This document shows, piece by piece, positions 1 through 10,142 of a stretch of DNA of 41,045 nt. How positions within the stretch are numbered: the stretch's first letter is position 1; each line of letters begins with the position of its first letter. A program made the translations under genes and the position numbers. A model generated the notes under the pieces. The model saw nothing but the letters and a program-made list of their open reading frames with translations, had not been told where the DNA came from and made no database searches. Source of the DNA: Macrostomum lignano (Eukaryota); NCBI GenBank assembly GCA_002269645.1, contig NIVC01004594.1, positions 1 to 41,045 of the forward strand, in the 5' to 3' direction.

Positions 1-169
1 TTCAGACTAGTTTTGGTATTGGGGTTTTTGTAATAAAACCATATCTAATGCAGACAAAGCTTTAGAGTTACGAAAAGCCGGTAGCTTTCAACTATAACTT
101 TTATACTTTAAAGTCAATGGCTTTGACTATGTCAGTCACGACGTCACCAGTCGTGACTGACAGTCGTGA

Positions 170-180
170 CGTCACCAGTA
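170..180 (+). repeat. Left target-site duplication of the LINE (CGTCACCAGTA)
   Basis: Identical to 4700-4710; the bases outside the repeat differ. Confidence 0.92.
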
Positions 181-389
181 CCACCGGACTCTACGTCTGG
201 TCTACGACTTTGTCGTAGCTCCTACTTGGCGCCGCGTTTTCGTCGCGGAGGGGAAACACGCCCAATAGGGGTGTACGAAGAGCGCCATAACTCGGACACC
301 GTGTCCAGCGAGCGTCATTGTACTGGAAGATGAGCGCGTATCGGTTTTAACACCGGAGGAGCCAAGTATCCGGCCCGCTACCTCCCGCT

Positions 390-434
390 CTTCTGTTGCT
401 CAGGGCCGGCGATGTTGAGACCAACCCGGGGCCC
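390..434 (+). other. 2A-like ribosomal StopGo peptide LLLLRAGDVETNPG|P
   Basis: Matches the D(V/I)ExNPGP consensus (GAT GTT GAG ACC AAC CCG GGG CCC, 411-434) with the typical upstream Leu run; in frame with ATG 330. Confidence 0.9.
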
Positions 435-866
435 TGCCTGCCCGTCAGCTGCGGCCGCCCTCTGCGCGGCAAGTTCCTCACCTGCGCGAGATGTAACAGC
501 CGCTTCCATCTGCAGAGGGAATGCTCCGGGTTGAGTCGTTGGGCGCGAACAAGGCCGCGGACGCCCAGGAATGGCACTACGCCAATTGCGAGAACGCCCA
601 CCACCCAGACAGACTCGTCGTCCTCTGACAACCGTCCACCCTATCTGCCAGCCCACGGAGGAGCAAACCGCTCGCAGGCAAGCCCTGCTCAACTGTATCC
701 GGCAGGAGAAACCTAAATGCAACCATTGTCGGAAAACGATGCGCGTCAGCTCCACCATCGCCTGCTGCAATGCCTGTGAAGGATTCTTCCATAACGCCTG
801 CTTGCAAGCCACGCGCGACCAGATCAAAAAGAAATCGGTCGTGGGCTTTGGAGATGCGGTCGCTGC
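435..866 (+). other. Two tandem PHD-like zinc fingers at the N-terminus of the LINE ORF
   Basis: Finger 1: CLPVSC..CARC..FH...C, completed after a frameshift by WHYANC (572-589, one Cys to Tyr). Finger 2: CNHC..CNAC..FHNAC (from 718), completed after a frameshift by WRCGRC (849-866). Confidence 0.75.
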
Positions 867-3800
867 ACCGAAGCCGCCTGCCTCCAAGGCCCGCCCTCCC
901 TGAGGACCCTGACCCCACTCCTGTTGGAGGGAGCCACCCGGAAGCTGGGTGGGACTGCAAGAAACCTGAGCTCAAAATTATTCAATGGAATGCGGATGGG
1001 ATCAGCAACAAAATGGGGGAGCTTGAGGACCTCGCATCCCGGCTTCAGGCCGACGTTATTGCGGTTCAAGAGTCGAAGCTCACCTCCTTCAACAAAACCA
1101 TCCGCAAGGACCATAAAACTGCCCGCTGCGACCCGAACGTTAAAGGCGGCGGCCTGCTCTTCTTTTCCGGCAAGGCATTCCGTTCAATAAACTTCAAGGA
1201 TGGTCTGGCGGAACCACCGAAGGCTGCAGAATTTCGATCAGCACCTCGGCCAGAAAAAAACTTGTCGTCTCCAACATCTACCGCCCCCCCCATCCGGCGC
1301 GTGGAAGGCGAAGATCACCGTGAGCACCCCAGTGTCGATTCCTGGCTCAGATGCTTCCACAGGGAAATTCTGCTTGGTGACCTCAACCTCCACCACACTG
1401 CCTGGGGCAGCGATCCCAATCAAGGACCTGAAGGTGCAGCACAAGCTCAGTGCCTGTTCGACTGGTGCAACTCCGTGGACTACCGCATCCTGAACTCAGG
1501 GGAACACACCTGCGTTGACAGGCGCACCGGACGGACTAGTGCTCCCGATCTCACCATCGCTAGTCAATCAGTGGCCGACCTCTGTAAATGGCAACCGCTC
1601 ACCGAGTTTGGCTCCGATCACCAACCCATCCTGGTGACAGTCCGGGAATCCCGGGAAACCCTGAGCACTGCGCCTCGCTTCAGCTGGTCTCGGAAAAAAG
1701 CGGACTGGACCGCTTACCAGACCCTGCTCTCCGAGGACGCCGACCACCTCAATGGCGGCTCCATCAAGAAACAGATTGCCAGGCTCAGCTCGGGCATGCT
1801 TAAAGCAGCCAAAGCTGCTATCCCGCTCAAAAAGTTTCTGCCAAAAACAAGCCATACTGGGATGAAGAATTTACTGAACTTCGCGACACTCGGAACCGGC
1901 TTAGGGAATCTGGCGCCCATCCTGGCGAGTGGCTCGAAAAAAGTCACGAACTGTCCAAACTCTGTGCCGAAAAGAAAGCCGAATTCTGGAAGGAGTACAT
2001 CAACAAAATGTCCGACTCTGCCGACCCAAAACAAGTCTGGAGGACTGTCAAGTGCCTCAGCAACGGCAAACAACAAGATCCTCCCAACGAATCTCTCGTT
2101 GTTGATGGTCGAGACCTGCGCACGGACAAGGAAAAGGCTAACGCCTTTGGCCGCTATTACGAAAACATCAGCACTCTGAAACACTCGGCGGTGGACCGCA
2201 AGGTCAAAGTGGCCACGTCCCGTCGCCTGGCTCATTACTCCACAGACGACGACCTTTACTGCCGTGACTTCACCCTGGTGAGCTGAAACGGGCCATTGGC
2301 AAACTTGACCCCAGCAAAAATGTGGTCCGCGCCGAAATCGAAGCTGCCTTCTTCATCTACCTGCCGGACTCTTGGATGACGGCCTGGCTGGCCGTCTTCA
2401 ACCGTTGCTGGCACACCGGACACTGTCCTGGAGTCAGGCTGTCCGAGTCTGGAAAAAGGCCGTTATCGTCCCCCTGCTAAAGGACGGAAAGGACCCCAAA
2501 GACCGCGGTAGCTACAGGCCTGTCAGCCTCACCTCCATCTGCGGGAAGATCCTCGAACGGCTAGCTTATCCTTGATCGCCTCTATCGCTGGCTCGAGCTC
2601 CACAACATCATTCAGCCTGGCAAGCCGGTTTTCAACGTAGTCGTGGCTGTGAAGAGCAAATCGCACGCCTCGTTCAGTCAATTCAAGATGGATGGGAGAA
2701 ACGCCCGCACTTGAAAACTGTGGCCATCCTCATTGACTGCTCTCGCGCCTTCGACCGTGTTTGGCGCGCTTGCCTTATTGGTCGCATGATGGACGAAGGC
2801 GTCCCTGCCTGTATGGTGCGCTGGTTCACCAGCTTCCTCGAAGGCAGGCAGATCGCTGTGCGGGTCGGCTCCTCGCTTGGGAAATGGCGCAGACTGAGGG
2901 AAGGCGTCCCCAGGGCGCCGTCAGCTCGCCTGCCCTCTTCCTCATCTATGTTAACAAGTGGTCCGGTCACAACGTGCCTCTCGTCGACTACAGTGGCTAT
3001 GCAGATGATCTCGCCCTCTGGAGCACGGGCCGGAACCTCCCGGAAATCCAGGCTCGCCTCCAATCCGCCCTGCAGCTCGTCGAGGAATGGGCCGCTCATC
3101 TACGCATCGACATCAACCTTTCTAAAACTGAGGGATGCCTCTTCTCTCGGGACAGATCCGACCGTCAACGCAACCTCAGCCTCACCCTCCGGGGCCAACA
3201 GATTCCTTTCAAGCAGGAGATTAAGTTTCTCGGAATCTGGATTTACCAAGGTCTGCTATTCGAAAAGCAAACTGACTCCGTCCGGGAGAAAATGCTTCGC
3301 CGAGCTGCCATCCTTCGTGCCCTAGCCCACCGTGAATGGGGCTGGGATCGCAAGCTGCTGCTGCGAGTCTACTGGGCTCTTGTCGAATCCGTCGTGTGGC
3401 ATGCCGCCGCGGCCTGGACGCCCTGGCTATCTGCGACCCGTCTCAACGCCATCGACCGTGCCTAGCGTGAGGCCCTCCGGGTTGTCACTGATCTCCCCCG
3501 CTCGACACCGGTAGAGGCCATCTACTTTGAGTCGGGAATCCTTCCTATCAGCCTCGAAGCCCGCAGAAGATCGCTGCTTGCGGTTGAGAAGGCGCTCCGC
3601 AGACCTCCCGGCGACCCCTTCCGGCAGCTTTGCGAACGCCGCCAGGACACCCGGCTTTCTGCCAACCGAGGCCTCCGCGAAAAAGCTAGACGCATCACCG
3701 ATGAGCTCCTTGGTGGACACCGTCTAGCCAACAGCCACATCCGGCTCCCACCCTGGAATTCGTTGGCCGACGCCGGAGTGCGCATGTTCAACAAGCTGCT

Positions 3801-4699
3801 GTTCGAGCCCATTGAAACCGACGCCGCCCAGGCGGGTCCAAGCCACCGCGACCGCGCGCTGCCCGAACGCCGCCACTTACTTCACCGACGGATCCGTCTC
3901 TGGTGGCGTTGAAAACGGAGGTGCAGCCTGGATTCTCCTGAGCCAGGACGGCTCCATCAGCCGGCGCGGGCGCGTGGCCGCGGGCCGCTGGTGCAGCCCT
4001 CGGCCTTCCTTTGAGGCCGAACTTATCGCCATCTTCCAGGCTCTAAGCGATATCATTGCCAATGCCCGAAAGAGGCTGCAATTCTCACCGACAGCCAGAG
4101 CGCTATCGCGGTCCTGCAAGCTGATCGCCCAACCATCAACCCGCTCGTCGAGAACGTTAAGGAACGCCTTATCATCGCCGCCCGTCTTTCTAAGATCATC
4201 CTGCAGTGGGTGCCCGGGTACGCCGGAATCCCCGGAAATGAACTGGTGGATGCCGAGGCCAAACTAGCGGCCACGCTGCCTCAGGAGCATGTCGGCACCA
4301 CCCTGGATTCGGCTAGGGCCCGCATCCGACGGGTTGTTAACTATTCGCCCAACATGACAGGCCACCTGCTCGAGGTCTATGGCCAAAAGATTACGACGCA
4401 TGAGGGCCCTCGCAGGCAACACAGGTCCTAGTCTCGCAGGTCCGCGCCGGCCACTGTCCTGCATCGATCTACTACCGCGACCGCACCGGCATTGAGGTCG
4501 GGGCCGGCAACTGCCGTCTCTGCGCGGAAGAGGTAGATCAATTCAAACTTCTCAACTGCCCGGCCCTGGACGTCCAACGCCGTACTCACGGCATTACCGA
4601 AATGTGTCAACTCGCTCGCGCCGACGTGGTGGCGCTTCTCCTAGGGGCCATCGGTTGGTGTCCCCTTTAGGAGAGGCTCACAGCATACAACAACAATAG

Positions 4700-4710
4700 C
4701 GTCACCAGTA
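4700..4710 (+). repeat. Right target-site duplication of the LINE (CGTCACCAGTA)
   Basis: Follows the (CAA)n-like tail; identical to 170-180. Confidence 0.92.
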
Positions 4711-4844
4711 ATGCAAAAACCAACTATATTGAGATCATTGTCTAGCAATTTGACGATCATTATTCACATTTTTAATGTAGAACAATCCATTACTACAAGC
4801 AATACATTGTCTGCAGGATCGTCAAATAGAAAAACAATGCAAAG

Positions 4845-5209
4845 AATCAGCGGTCGCAGCACGTGACAACGATTTGTCTATGGCTCGCGCCTACCGCTCG
4901 CCAGACAATCGTTGTCACGCACTGGGACCGCTGATTATTTATTTTGTTGTCTAGCGGGCAAAAGCAAGAGGTGTCTCGTTTATTGACCGAGACGAAGCCG
5001 AGGTCAATGATCGAGACACCGAGTGCTTTTGGCCCTAGACAGCTAAATGAGTGGGGAATATGATATGTATCCCCCGTTCGTTGTCTATGGTTGTTGTCTC
5101 GAATTTATCAGCCCGCGGGGCAGCGGGAAATAAATGATTTATTCACCTAGGGAAATAAATGAAAACATGCGTCACATAGACACTCGCCCGGGGCAAAAGG
5201 GGGATACAT
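4845..5209. repeat. Three consecutive long imperfect hairpins (palindromic non-autonomous element)
   Basis: IR1 4845-4936 (AATCAGCGGTC..GACCGCTGATT, inner GTGACAACGATT/AATCGTTGTCAC). IR2 4949-5040 (GTCTAG..AAAAGCA..GTGTCTCG..ATTGACC / GGTCAAT..CGAGACAC..TGCTTTT..CTAGAC). IR3 5065-5209 (ATGTATCCCCC/GGGGGATACAT). Confidence 0.8.
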
Positions 5210-6166
5210 GGGGAATATATACCATTTATCCATTGTCTAAGGATTCAAGTGAAAAAACGAATCCGAATAAGTATGTTATTCCTCGCTTTTTTCATTTATT
5301 GTGGCCGCGAATAGCTGAAAAACATGGATCAATAAAACCATTGATTGCTTGTCTGTCTTCAATTTTAGCCACCCCCCAGAAGCCTCAGTTCGCATTGATT
5401 TAATTGGCTACTAAATATTCCTTAGTCGTTTGTCTATGGCAAAAGCTGCAGCTAATATAGAACATACAAGACTCGAAGACAGTTGCACGATGTCCTAACG
5501 ACTTTTGCAATCTAGCTATTTCTTGTTGCATTTAATGTTTTGTACAGAGCCTGGATAGGCGACTAAGACACGACTAAAATCACCATTCATGGCTGAATGG
5601 GTTGCTATTGCTATTCAGCCTTTGTATTGGGCTCAAACCATGCATTGTTATTCAGGTAAAAAGAAAAGTTCAAACCTACAAGCTTCTCCACGGTGGTCTG
5701 TATTTATGAGTTAGCAGAAGCTAAAGAAGTCACTACGACTGCCTCTAGCTACGGGTAGTGAAAGGAATTTATCGAAACCAAAATGGTATATTGTAAGGAT
5801 TTTAGCCTTAGCCTTACACTAGCAAGCGCTTCGTTGGCAAAGAAATATGATTGTTTCAGTTTTTGCTCATCCATTTTGGTGGCCTCACTAAACCATGACT
5901 AAGAGATGGTTGTACAATATTTGGAAAAGCCAGCAAATAAAAAGCTTTAACAAAAAACGTACTACTCATCTAAATAATAACACATTGATCGTGAATTAAA
6001 AATTGTATAGTAGCTACGCTCGTACATAGTAAAAATTGTCGGTTTTGTTTCTAGTTACCAGAATTAGCACAAAGAACATGATCAAGCTAACAGAGAACAG
6101 TTTCAATTAAACATAGAAAATTAAGATTTGAATTTAATAATGCTTGGAAACAGACAAGCTTACTGT

Positions 6167-8295
6167 CTATTCTGAGTCGATGCAAACTAACGATTTAAGC
6201 AGCGTTCCCTCGGGTAGTCGAGCGCGGCCGTTAAGAAAAGAGAGTTCAACCACGACCAAGCAGCCAGTGACATTGCCACCAACCCGCTGGATAAGGCGAA
6301 CAGCAGCAGCCATGGTGCCGCCTAGAGCTACTAGGTCGTCAACCAGCATGACTTGGGCACCGGGTGGAACTGCATTGGCCTGGATTTCGAAGCGATCCTG
6401 CCCGTACTCCTTGGTATAGCTCTCAGATTCAACTCGACCGGGTAGTTTTCCAGCCTTACGGATCGGTGCGAAGCCGACACCAAGGCGCTGGGCAATGCAG
6501 GGTCCAAACAAAAAGCCGCGCGACTCTAGACCAACGACAAGATCCACCTGAGGCAAGCCCTGCAACTCAGGAAGCAGTATGGGAATCAATTATCAACAAG
6601 ATAAAAATGAGCAGTTTCTAGATCTTTCAATTATTTGGAAAACCTGCACTCGATTTTGATCGCTCTGTGATAAGTGGCACCACATGCTACAAACAAATAC
6701 TGAGGACTTCTGGAATAACCCTCATAGTCTGAAGATCGAAATCAAATGAAGCCAATATTGTGTAATCACATGCTTCTAATCTTTTTTGTCAATTTTGTAC
6801 ATCCTTTACGTGATTCGATGGCTCATTTTATGCGCGAAAGCTGATTTGCATCAAAATTACTTGGCAGCCAAGCAATTCTTTAAACGTTCCACAGCACGAG
6901 CGTATAAGCTGACAGTGACTGTTATATTAATGAAAGTCTTCTGCATGCTGCCCATACGTACGCCTAGTCAGTCTTAGATCAAGCAATTTTTAGAGCTACT
7001 TTAATCAGCGTCATAGGAGCGTAAGAATTACAATGATAGTGGAAAATATCGAGGAAAAATAGAAGTAAGCATGTACCTTGGCAATATCGACCATAGAATC
7101 GATTGTATCAGCAAAGATAGACGGCGATGCCAGAATTCCCATAATATCTCTACAAATTTGTTTGAAGGTAATAAAAAATTGGCAATTCCTGGATACAATC
7201 TATTACTTGCTTATAATCCATAGAAATAAAGACTTTCCGTGACAATATTTGCGTTCTCCGGGATTTTATTTGGTAATATTCAATAATATCCCGTAAAGTC
7301 TTTATGTCAATGGTTTATGTATCAGATTAAACATGCCTTTTGAGGGCGCTTTTTGTATAAATCACGAGGGCCTGAGGCTTCAACTATATAAACCAGGTAT
7401 AATCCATAGAAATAAAGACTTTCCGTGACAATATTTGCGTTCCCCGGGATTTTATTTGGTAATATTCAATAAAATCCCGTCAAGTCTTTATGTCTATGGT
7501 TTATACGAGATTAAACATGCCTTTTTCGGGAGTTATTTGTATAAATCACGAGGGCCTGAGGCCCGAGGGATTTATGAAAATAACTCCCTCAAAAGGCATG
7601 TTTAATCTGATACATAAAACATAGACAATATTTTACGGGATATTATTGAATGTTGCCAAATGAAATCCCGGAGAACGCAAATAATGCCCGGAAAATCTTA
7701 TTATGAAATCAGGTTTATTCACTTGCAGTAGTTGCGGTTCGTCATGGTAAGATTGTGCAAGGGTTGCTCGTTGTAAGAAGAAAAGAAAAGAAAGGAATTT
7801 TAAACACAGACTAGCTAATTGTAAAAGCCAACGCATTTTGTTGTCACACGTCACGCGTTTCGACATCTTTACGGCTCATTTATCACAAACACAACCAGAT
7901 ATATTAAATACAGTAGAATTATTAATTATCAAAAACACAAGCTCTAAGGTCAGTTCAACCTAGTCCAGTTTAAACAAAATCAATAGTCAAATTAGTCATG
8001 TTCACAAAGAACGACAACGGAAGATACACTCAAGGACTTCTCACAACTGAGTTGATGCTCAGCTCCACTGCTTGGAAGTTAAACGAACCCTGAAGATGTC
8101 TCGTGGTAAGACAACCAGCATATCAGAATTATTCGCCACAAGAAGACGCAATGATACCAGCGCGATCGACGATCGAAAAATAAAGGGATTTAGTATCAAG
8201 ACTCACTTGAAGACAATGCCAGGTTTTGGAAAGTCCGGATAGTCTACTAAGGCCGACTTGATCCGTTGCAATCGAGCCTCTTGTTCAGCAGACAT
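6167..8295 (-). CDS. APRT: Adenine phosphoribosyltransferase, 3 coding exons (8295-8207, 7149-7077, 6559-6167), about 184 aa
   Basis: Spliced product MSAEQEARLQRIKSALVDYPDFPKPGIVFK-DIMGILASPSIFADTIDSMVDIAK-GLPQVDLVVGLESRGFLFG...IRKAGKLPG...EYG...VDDLVALGGT. GT-AG introns with consistent phases (2, 0). PRPP-binding and DFPKPGI motifs present. Confidence 0.96.
7213..7718. repeat. Direct + direct + inverted repeat (about 186-bp unit) in APRT intron
   Basis: 7213-7378 is repeated at 7399-7562. An inverted copy at about 7563-7718 makes a palindrome of about 330 bp (7388-7718) centred on GAGGGCCTGAGGCCCGAGGG. Confidence 0.88.
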
Positions 8296-9217
8296 TTTAA
8301 AGGCCAGAAAGTGCTGGAAAATTCAGAATATTACCAAGCATTTAGTAATGTAAAGGATGTTTTAACTATACTTTCTTTTCTTTCTTGAATAAGGAAACAA
8401 ATTCTCAACTAAGAGACCACTATGATGCGTACCCAAAAATAATGCAAATTCAAGACTAGAATAGCACTGTGGAAACTTGAGTTTCGGTTTTTGAATACAG
8501 CTTCAAGGTTTCGAAGTTAAAACAATTCTCGACCAGGTATAATAGACAAATTCTATTATAAGCAATACAACCTAATGTGCTAGATGCAAAAAGTTAAGTA
8601 GTTTATCGAAAAGTGTGCTCAAAATCCTGTTTTTCTACCTGTAGCGAAACATGCAGGATGGGAATTTCTCAAGATTAGAGGTAGAAGGGTTTGCGCACTC
8701 TGGCGCTCTTAGAAGCGCTGGGCCGGATGAATAAAGTGAGCAAAAACTCAGGAGTAAGAGCTCGGGCTCAGCGCATTGTCACACATTGAGGCATTACTGC
8801 TTTTTCTGCCGACTCGCCCGAGCAGGCACACAAGCGCACGGATACGTAGTCATACGTACAGGCACACACACACAGGAGTGCACAGCGAGCAACTTTATTA
8901 TCTTTGGGGAGGTACTGTAGCAGTCACTGTACCTTGGGATTGGCCTTCAAGGGCGTTAATTGCACGAGCAGAGCCAATCAAGATTCCAATTTAGCCCCAA
9001 ATTAATGTGACCACTGTAAATCGAGCCTGGGCCGCTGGTAGATAAAAGCGCCGAGCTATACAACTAAGCTACGCCCCCCCCCGCGGGATGGGAAATGCAA
9101 TTAATGTAATAGAAATAGCCAGTACTTACACTGTGCTTGTGAAAAAATCTGCCAAATTAACCTCTAAAATGAGTGGGAAAGTGAATGACAGTTACGAGTT
9201 ATGAGCTATACGCTTGT

Positions 9218-9242
9218 ATTGGGCGGCGAAGTAAGCTATTGG
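9218..9242 (-). promoter_or_regulatory. Putative APRT promoter: two CCAAT boxes and a GC box
   Basis: ATTGG at 9218-9222 and 9238-9242, GGGCGG at 9221-9226. These lie upstream of a minus-strand GTAAGT donor (9129-9124) that can splice to the TTTTCCAG acceptor at 8315-8314, 18 nt before the APRT ATG. Confidence 0.55.
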
Positions 9243-9491
9243 CCGAAATGAGCTTGCAGGCAAAGCGGCTACAATGACCGGCCAGGCTCCAACAAACGGA
9301 ATATTTCTACGCCCGGCCGTTTTTCGCTACCTTTATTTTGAAAATTAAGGCGCACACATTGCTAACTTTTTATAGACGTGCATACAAGTTTTTTGATACG
9401 TTTGCGCCAAAACCAATTCTATGCAATACAGACAAAGGCAAATAAGTAGCTACATAAAGCAACATCTGTCGAAGAAAAGTAATGCATTAGG

Positions 9492-9497
9492 TTTATT
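9492..9497 (-). terminator. Candidate AATAAA poly(A) signal for the PAN2-like transcript
   Basis: TTTATT on the + strand about 650 nt past the stop and upstream of the APRT promoter; a second copy is at 9332-9337. Confidence 0.35.
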
Positions 9498-10142
9498 TTA
9501 ACTACAACAGAAAATGGAACAAAATTTTGAAAAATAAGGTGAGAACGGATCGACAGGAACATTTTGTCATTTTGCTCATTTTTGGAGCACCTTCGAAGCA
9601 ATAATGACAGGTACAGGAGAAACGGGTGCAGTCAAACAAGCTTGGGAGACAGCAAAGCGGTTCACTAACAAGACTTCATGGGCTGAGTTGCCATAGACGA
9701 TATCCACCCATATGCTACCGGGTCGTAGTACGGTATATATTGACAGCAATAACGTGCATTAACGCAACATCGAATAACGTTTTCTCTTAGCCTTCCTGTG
9801 GTACAATAAATGAGACGAGGCCATCCCAAGATGCACTCGAGATGCCAAGTTATTTTGAAATCAGTAAGACTAGATTGAAAAACTGGCTTTTGCTATTGCC
9901 ACAGCGCAGTGTTTCGTTTGAATGTTACAAGCCTTTGGTCTGCACAAAAAGAATAAGACACCAAGCAAGATGTGACATTCGCGTGATTCAAGAGTGGCAT
10001 TAGAGATTGGTAGGAAACCAGACTATATGACTACACATTCCTGTCTTCAAAAAACTGGGATACTTTCGAAGTTTAAAATCATCTAAGATAGCAGGAGCTA
10101 AAGTTTTAATTGACAATTTAGTTTAATATCAAACTCGGAATA

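Larger units (their letters stand above)
330..4670 (+). pseudogene. LINE polyprotein (EN-RT-RNase H), disrupted by multiple frameshifts and stops
   Basis: ATG at 330, in-frame TAA at 348-350. EN motifs IIQWNADG, AVQESKL, GDLNLHH, SDHQPI. RT motifs WKKAVIVPLLK, SYRPVSLTS, DCSRAFDRV, PQGAVSSP, YADD (2998-3009). RNase H motifs YFTDGS, EAELIAI, TDSQSA, WVPGYAGIPGNELVD. CRLC...C near 4512; final TAG 4668-4670. Motifs are spread over all three frames. Confidence 0.93.
181..4699 (+). mobile_element. Full-length Ingi-like (I-group) non-LTR retrotransposon, degenerate
   Basis: GC-rich block bounded by identical 11-bp direct repeats CGTCACCAGTA (170-180, 4700-4710). Short ACAACAACAA tail at 4687-4696. 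Single pol-type ORF order 2A-PHD-PHD-APE endonuclease-RT-RNase H-Cys knuckle, which fits the Ingi clade. Confidence 0.92.

Noticed and set aside
181-330. Canonical HDV-like or hammerhead ribozyme call
   Set aside because: Could not identify the nested double-pseudoknot pairings or the CUGANGA/GAAA core by eye.
770-2179. 469-aa ORF as an intact protein
   Set aside because: Only parts are the true endonuclease frame; the rest is frameshifted, so it is a chimera within a pseudogene.
347-4610. Many minus-strand and off-frame ORFs within the LINE
   Set aside because: Shadow ORFs of GC-rich retrotransposon coding sequence.
9500-9990. Further PAN2 UCH-like fragments (e.g. LLGVLFFLCRPKACNIQTKHC, AWC, LRCG)
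   Set aside because: They need arbitrary gaps or occur in the wrong order, so cannot be told from chance without a scored alignment.
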